Assembly: GCA_002719295.1 (NCBI GenBank)
Contig: PBHC01000015.1
Location: 1-26,058 of the forward strand
Reading direction: 5' to 3'
DNA from: Chloroflexota bacterium
Lineage (GTDB): Bacteria > Chloroflexota > Dehalococcoidia > Lucifugimonadales > Lucifugimonadaceae
DNA: 26,058 bases
This document shows, piece after piece, positions 24,853-26,058 of the stretch. The position numbers and the translations under genes were made by a program. How positions within the stretch are numbered: the stretch's first letter is position 1; the number at the start of each line of letters is the position of its first letter. The notes under the pieces are model-generated. The model searched no databases and was not told where the DNA came from. It saw only the letters and a program-made list of their open reading frames with translations.

Positions 24853-25680
24853 TTATCTATCGTACCTTCTTCTTAAAACCATTTTATCTGTTTTTTTGTT
24901 TCTTCTAGTTCTTTTTCCTAATGCAGGTTTACCCCATGGAGTTTTTGGATGCTTCATTCCTACTCCTGCTCTTCCTTCTCCACCACCATGTGGATGGGCA
25001 TTAGGAGACATTGCTGAACCTCTAACAGAAGGTCTTCTTCCAAGCCTTCTTGATGTTCCAGCTCGTCCTAATTTTTTGTTTTTATTGTCAGGGTTAGAAA
25101 CTTGTCCAATAGTGGCAGTACAATTACTTAGCACTCTTCTCATTTCACCTGAAGGTAATCTCAATAAAGTATAACCTGCTTCATGAGCCATAACTTGTGC
25201 TGAAGTTCCAGCAGATTTTACCATTACCCCTCCTTTACCAGGAGAAAGCTCAATATTATGTACAACGGAACCTGTTTGAAGAGATCCCAATTTTTTTGTG
25301 TTACCTATTGAATTATCTGCATTTTCACCATTTTCTATGACATCTCCAAGCTTAGCATTATTCGGAGTTAGAATATATTTTCTTGTACCATCCTCATATC
25401 TAATTAATGAAATTCTTGCTGATCTATTTGGATCATACTCTACGGACTCAATAACCGCTTTCCCAACTTTTGATCTCAAAAAATCTAGCATTCTATATCT
25501 TCTTTTATGACCACCACCTCTATGACGAACAGTAATTCTTCCTTTATTGTTTCTACCGCCCTTTTTGGTTAAAGGAGCTAAAAGTGATTTATATGGAACG
25601 TTGGTGGTTAAATCTGAAAAATCATCAACTACAGCGTCTCTTCTTCCAGCAGTTGTAGGTTTTAATTTTTTTGTTGCCAT
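24853..25680 (-). CDS. rplB: 50S ribosomal protein L2
   Basis: [40 protein letters not shown] and TPWGKP. Confidence 0.98.
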   Translation of the reverse strand: MATKKLKPTTAGRRDAVVDDFSDLTTNVPYKSLLAPLTKKGGRNNKGRITVRHRGGGHKRRYRMLDFLRSKVGKAVIESVEYDPNRSARISLIRYEDGTRKYILTPNNAKLGDVIENGENADNSIGNTKKLGSLQTGSVVHNIELSPGKGGVMVKSAGTSAQVMAHEAGYTLLRLPSGEMRRVLSNCTATIGQVSNPDNKNKKLGRAGTSRRLGRRPSVRGSAMSPNAHPHGGGEGRAGVGMKHPKTPWGKPALGKRTRRNKKTDKMVLRRRYDR

Positions 25681-25683
25681 TTT

Positions 25684-25968
25684 TTATGCTCCCTCATAAA
25701 GAGTTATAGAATCACCAAGCTTAAGAGTAATCAATGCTTTTTTCCAAGCTGGTGTCAAAACTCTATTTCTTCCATAAGTCTTATTTTTTCCTTTTACTTT
25801 AATCACATTTACACTCTCGACCTTTACATCAAAAACTTCTTCAATAGCATTCTTTATTTGAATCTTGTTTGAATTTTTGTGTACCTTAAATACATACTTG
25901 TTACTCTCTTGTAATAAGGAGCTTTTTTCAGTTATTATTGGTGAAATTAGAATCTCTTCGTTATGCAT
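25684..25968 (-). CDS. rplW: 50S ribosomal protein L23
   Basis: PIITEKS, Y.FKV...NK.QIK.AIE..FDVKV and WKKA.ITL. Confidence 0.97.
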   Translation of the reverse strand: MHNEEILISPIITEKSSLLQESNKYVFKVHKNSNKIQIKNAIEEVFDVKVESVNVIKVKGKNKTYGRNRVLTPAWKKALITLKLGDSITLYEGA

Positions 25969-26058
25969 CTTCTTTTACTGTCTTTCTAGTAGCTTTTGCT
26001 GGAGCTTTCTTTGCTGGAGCTTTCTTTGCTGGAGCTTTCTTTGCTGGAGCTTTCTTTG
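25961..26058 (-). CDS. rplD: C-terminal fragment of the gene upstream of rplW, by synteny 50S ribosomal protein L4, ending in an AKKAP-repeat tail
   Basis: Minus-strand frame reads ...(AKKAP)x4-AKATRKTVKEDA* with TAA at 25961-25963, overlapping the rplW start by 8 nt. Identity rests on S10-operon order only; no L4 core is in the window. Confidence 0.6.
   Translation of the reverse strand, partial: KKAPAKKAPAKKAPAKKAPAKATRKTVKEDA
25995..26058 (-). repeat. Perfect 15-bp tandem repeat (at least 4.3 copies, runs off the window) encoding AKKAP
   Basis: On the + strand, tttgctggagctttc starts at 25995, 26010, 26025 and 26040, followed by a partial copy. Confidence 0.95.

Noticed and set aside
12303..25510. 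Plus-strand ORFs inside the ribosomal cluster (12303, 15910, 22111, 23154, 24284, 24549, 24845, 25298)
   Set aside because: Antisense to conserved ribosomal-cluster genes, as expected from codon bias.

Overview
AT-rich, very compact bacterial sequence. Gene content and order suggest a marine Chloroflexota/Dehalococcoidia (SAR202-like) genome; this is an inference. The right part (11689-26058, minus strand) is the S10-spc-alpha ribosomal supercluster, from the probable tail of rplD through rplQ, rplM and rpsI. It includes an rpmJ gene (15315-15431) that the ORF track missed. L36, S14 and S4 are all zinc-free forms, truA is absent, and S5 and probably L4 carry tandem-repeat extensions. The left part has two Pro-rich repeat proteins: a 5'-truncated elastin/extensin-like protein and a PT-repeat lipoprotein. 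These are followed by a divergent locus. Its minus arm is larE, an atypical SDR and two HpcH/HpaI aldolases. Its plus arm is a DUF362 Fe-S protein, a 94-aa hypothetical protein and an NAD-dependent epimerase, running on into a guaB3-like gene, hisS, prfA and prmC. The best candidate for a novel system is this locus. The DUF362 protein reproduces the His-x9-Lys-x15-His spacing of the nickel-pincer (NPN) cofactor site of lactate racemase LarA, and it sits head-to-head with the NPN sulfur insertase LarE among sugar-acid-type enzymes. No rRNA, tRNA, CRISPR array or mobile element was recognised. Both window ends fall inside coding tandem repeats.
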